Shown: positions 61,801-64,000 of the stretch, one piece after another
Layout: each line of letters starts with the position of its first letter
Position numbering within the stretch: position 1 is the stretch's first letter
NCBI GenBank assembly: GCA_965644295.1
Contig: CBFFRP010000645.1
Coordinates: 62,001 to 126,000, forward strand
Reading direction: 5' to 3'
DNA: 64,000 nt
DNA from: Paraphysomonas bandaiensis
Lineage: Eukaryota > Protista > Chrysophyceae
Translations under genes and position numbers: made by a program
Notes under the pieces: generated by a model
What the model was told of the DNA's origin: nothing
Seen by the model: the letters and a program-made list of their open reading frames with translations, nothing else
Database searches by the model: none

Positions 61801-64000
61801 CACCCCCATACTCTAAAATATTTCAAACTGGGTGGCTGACCCGTGACATACTCATATGGGGACATGTATCCTCTGTCCGTCCTTGTAGGGAGTCTGATCA
61901 GTGTATAGCGAGCAGCATGATACGCGTCTAACCAGAATGGAACCGGTAGGCCTGACTGCAACAACATCGCCAACGCCATCTCTGATGCAGTCCTGAATTT
62001 TCGCTCCTCTACTGCATTCATTTCCGGACTATCTGTTGAAGACCAAGTATGTTTGTAGCAGCCTTGTGATCTCAAATAGCTCCTAAGTTCTTGATTTATG
62101 AGTTCTCCAGCTCCATCAGCGTGGTAGTGATCCACTCTCAGCTTATATTGCCTAATCTCTCCTTCGAACACCTCTCTAAAAAACTGAATCACTTCTTCTT
62201 TAGTACGCTGGTTTACGCCTTTTACCCAGAACATCCTACTCGGGTGATGAGTTAGTTTGATCACGTAGCGCTCATCACCTCGAGCGGGAGTATTCAGAAA
62301 TACTTGCACATCAGCCGATATGTCCGGCTTGACATCCGTATCCTCCTTTGTGTGAAACGAAACTCTCGTAATCTTTGATCTGGCACATATGCTACAGAGA
62401 CAAGATTTTTTTAATGCAGTCTTCGATAGGTGCTTCCTCTGCAGATTTGAGCCAGTGAACAACATCCTTCTATGTGCCTCCGTTAGAGCCCCTTTGTTGA
62501 AATGGCCCATTCTCCTATGCAGCAGTTCCAGCTCGTCCTCACCAGTCCTATCGCTAAGATTTACTTCACAATTACTCGGTGTAGACACATCTGGAAGCTC
62601 CAACAGCTGCTGAGTTGGAACTGCAGTCATTCCATTCTTCATGGGTCCCTCCAGTACCAGCTCACCGGTATTACAGTCATAAATTTGGATCCCATACCAC
62701 ACCGTGAATCGATAGCCCATTTCGTTCAGCTTACGTCCGGAGCACAGGCATCGATTGATCTGATCTGAAATTTCTATGTCTCTCCATGCTCCACGGGAAC
62801 CCACACTTGTGATATGAATCTCTGATCCCTTCTTAGATCCGTTTATCACCTTTGATGTATTCATATGAGTGTCAAGCATGGTCACATCATTCATCAAGAA
62901 CATTGATGATGAACAGCATGTATCTATGTATGTATAGTGTTCAGCAGTACCAATCATACAACATGTGTCACTTTTATCATATATATCAACAGCGCAGTCA
63001 TAAAGCATATTCGCTTCGGACTCCGAGTCAGACTCGGTTCCTCCTCTGCGGATATTCTCGAATGTGAAAACCTTCCCAGATTTCTGGGGTTTCTTGGTCT
63101 TTCCAGTCGAATTTCGGGGACATTCGTTCGCGCGATGGTTTTTGGATTTGCATACTCTGCATCCTGTATATTCCTTACTGCCCGGTCTTTGTCCCTTCGT
63201 TTCCCCCTTTTTCTTCCTACATTGTTCTGTATTATGATTGTGTATTATACCTTTCTTCGAGCAATAAGTGCACTTCCTCTTTGTAGATACTCTCTCTTTC
63301 TTTCGAGGCTTTTCAATATGATTCAGCTCCTCCGTGCTCTTGCGCTTCTTCTCTATGATTTTCCTCCCATACTTGGTGTCGTCGAACTGTTCGATACGTT
63401 TGGATAGCAATTCATATGGTACATCATCGGGCATTAAATACAGGGCATAATTCAAACCGTCATATTCATCACTGATAATTCCCTCCTTCAGCCTACTAAT
63501 TTTTGATTCTTCCGTTACCGTTTGGTTATGCGCCTGAAGTTCACGAAGAAGCAGCTCAAAACGCAGTACATACTCTTTCGCGGTCTCCCCTGGCTTCATC
63601 TCGAATGATCCAAACTGAGCAAGCAGAGCACTAATCTTGTTTTGTGTTCCCCCTTCAAAACACGATTTAAGAGTGCTAACCATCTCTCTGGCGCTGAACT
63701 TATTAACTCTTCCTTCAGCTGCCTTGAACTCCTTGTGCTTCAGATGAAACTTCTGCAGCGCCTTCGGAGATCGCTTCACCGCCTCTCTGCAGTATGAGTA
63801 GGCAATTGCATTCGCCTTCCAATACTTGTCCACCGCTTCTTTGTAGGACTTGGTCTCAAGACTATTCAGGGGTTGAATTCCGAAATCCTCTTCCTCTGGT
63901 GGCCTTTCTAGAGCCACCTCACTCTGCTCCTTTCTCATAAGGAACGTCTCAAAGTCTTCGATCCATTGTTCAACGTTGCTCTCGTCGAACCATGGAACAT
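58878..64000 (-). mobile_element. Ty1/copia LTR retrotransposon (copia-2); 5' end outside the window
   Basis: PPT ATTGAGGAGGAG (59172-59161), then an LTR starting TGTTGG at 59160. The outer LTR boundary (about 58878) is a guess because the other LTR is not visible. Confidence 0.93.
59328..64000 (-). CDS. Uninterrupted copia gag-pol polyprotein (>1550 aa)
   Basis: Two CCHC-type knuckles, YIDTC protease, HRRMGH..CSIC, integrase (SADV, HADGAGE, EERK), KARLVALG, YGLRASP, YVDD, DADWA. The frame is still open upstream of the ATG at 63938. Confidence 0.96.
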   Translation of the reverse strand, partial: VPWFDESNVEQWIEDFETFLMRKEQSEVALERPPEEEDFGIQPLNSLETKSYKEAVDKYWKANAIAYSYCREAVKRSPKALQKFHLKHKEFKAAEGRVNKFSAREMVSTLKSCFEGGTQNKISALLAQFGSFEMKPGETAKEYVLRFELLLRELQAHNQTVTEESKISRLKEGIISDEYDGLNYALYLMPDDVPYELLSKRIEQFDDTKYGRKIIEKKRKSTEELNHIEKPRKKERVSTKRKCTYCSKKGIIHNHNTEQCRKKKGETKGQRPGSKEYTGCRVCKSKNHRANECPRNSTGKTKKPQKSGKVFTFENIRRGGTESDSESEANMLYDCAVDIYDKSDTCCMIGTAEHYTYIDTCCSSSMFLMNDVTMLDTHMNTSKVINGSKKGSEIHITSVGSRGAWRDIEISDQINRCLCSGRKLNEMGYRFTVWYGIQIYDCNTGELVLEGPMKNGMTAVPTQQLLELPDVSTPSNCEVNLSDRTGEDELELLHRRMGHFNKGALTEAHRRMLFTGSNLQRKHLSKTALKKSCLCSICARSKITRVSFHTKEDTDVKPDISADVQVFLNTPARGDERYVIKLTHHPSRMFWVKGVNQRTKEEVIQFFREVFEGEIRQYKLRVDHYHADGAGELINQELRSYLRSQGCYKHTWSSTDSPEMNAVEERKFRTASEMALAMLLQSGLPVPFWLDAYHAARYTLIRLPTRTDRGYMSPYEYVTGQPPSLKYFRVWGCKTYILTPKADRRKDWDDKSKIGYLVGYSEDKVGYQVYLPATDKVITCVHILTDESIPSRTEEYYAEIDALRVRTAPRPKTVNDYQHLVKTFHIDDEDGLLYKTTRVVERKGVIVGYRSLVTAGRTHIEQKVPIHIEDVQVMTRNTPGYTGYTGYTGTRDASSTTDGRSTSTIPAPESHQEQLVNHGIIQGAPDEDMTQGVLDADAAQGEPDRAVKQGVPEYTDTINSNSTNTLQRVSKRDAEKRKRLRRRLANASVLGEINMIEVMDADVNVMDSEESTENKHVHEPNSFLEAERSPQAEEWRTARRIEKKALLRRGVLKIVRRPSGVKLIRCKYVHKLKRDILGNIQKYKARLVALGNLQEKTEEEPSTFAPVVKGITIRLVIAIAFMFHMHVHQLDVSSAFCYANLDEDVYMYPPPDEELSNGWCFKLIKALYGLRASPRQWNRHIDKFIKSMQFRSCVLDTCLYYRWHQGKLTLLLLYVDDIIIASVDFEFLVFVKNKFCQTFEMRDMGECQSFLNIRITRGEDWFKLDQSQYAEKVIQKFDHVMGNSRKNKEAPLPSNAQELLAAERELTSEQEDWVSKFPYRSIIGAILYLALHTRPDLAYAIGLLSRYSSNPTYASCRLAIHLLKYLRGTTSKGIKFSGSKFDLHVFSDADWAGDILTRRSTTGYIVFLCAGAIAWQSKLQTTVATSSMESEYMAEYAAMQELVWLRGVLRELGLALTKPTPFFMDSKSAKDLSENPVYHKRSKHIQIKYHWVREHVNGRFPTARLIHVSTKDMAADIFTKALSTKLFKLHEETITGEKRSISNEVEKNQKKRFKKG

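Noticed and set aside
1-64000. tRNA, rRNA or integrated giant-virus core genes
   Set aside because: None recognised by eye. tRNAscan-SE, Infernal and NCLDV marker HMMs would be needed to exclude them.

Overview
Gene-dense eukaryotic DNA in the standard genetic code with short GT-AG introns. It is probably from a stramenopile protist; this is an inference from the CryptonS-like element and the protein families present. Host genes: a >2000-aa intronless secreted cadherin-like (VNDxP-repeat) protein running off the left edge, a myristoylated EF-hand protein, SEC16 with a large ELFG-repeat insert, VPS33, an F-box/ankyrin-like repeat gene with an inverted pseudogene copy, a C69-family peptidase, an EEP-family phosphohydrolase, a degenerate RING-CH membrane protein, CGI-121, a KA1-like/ARM protein and a DGAT2/MOGAT acyltransferase. 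Mobile DNA: a complete Ty1/copia element (identical 266-bp LTRs, 5-bp TSD, non-canonical termini, broken RT), a second copia with an intact ORF running off the right edge, a Crypton-type tyrosine-recombinase element with reconstructable att-like ends, LTR relics and a long imperfect inverted repeat. Points of most interest: a conserved unassigned domain after integrase in both copias, the Crypton end architecture, the variable F-box-ankyrin locus, and the concentration of AT-rich sequence and satellites at gene 5' ends. All calls come from reading motifs by eye; no database search was run.
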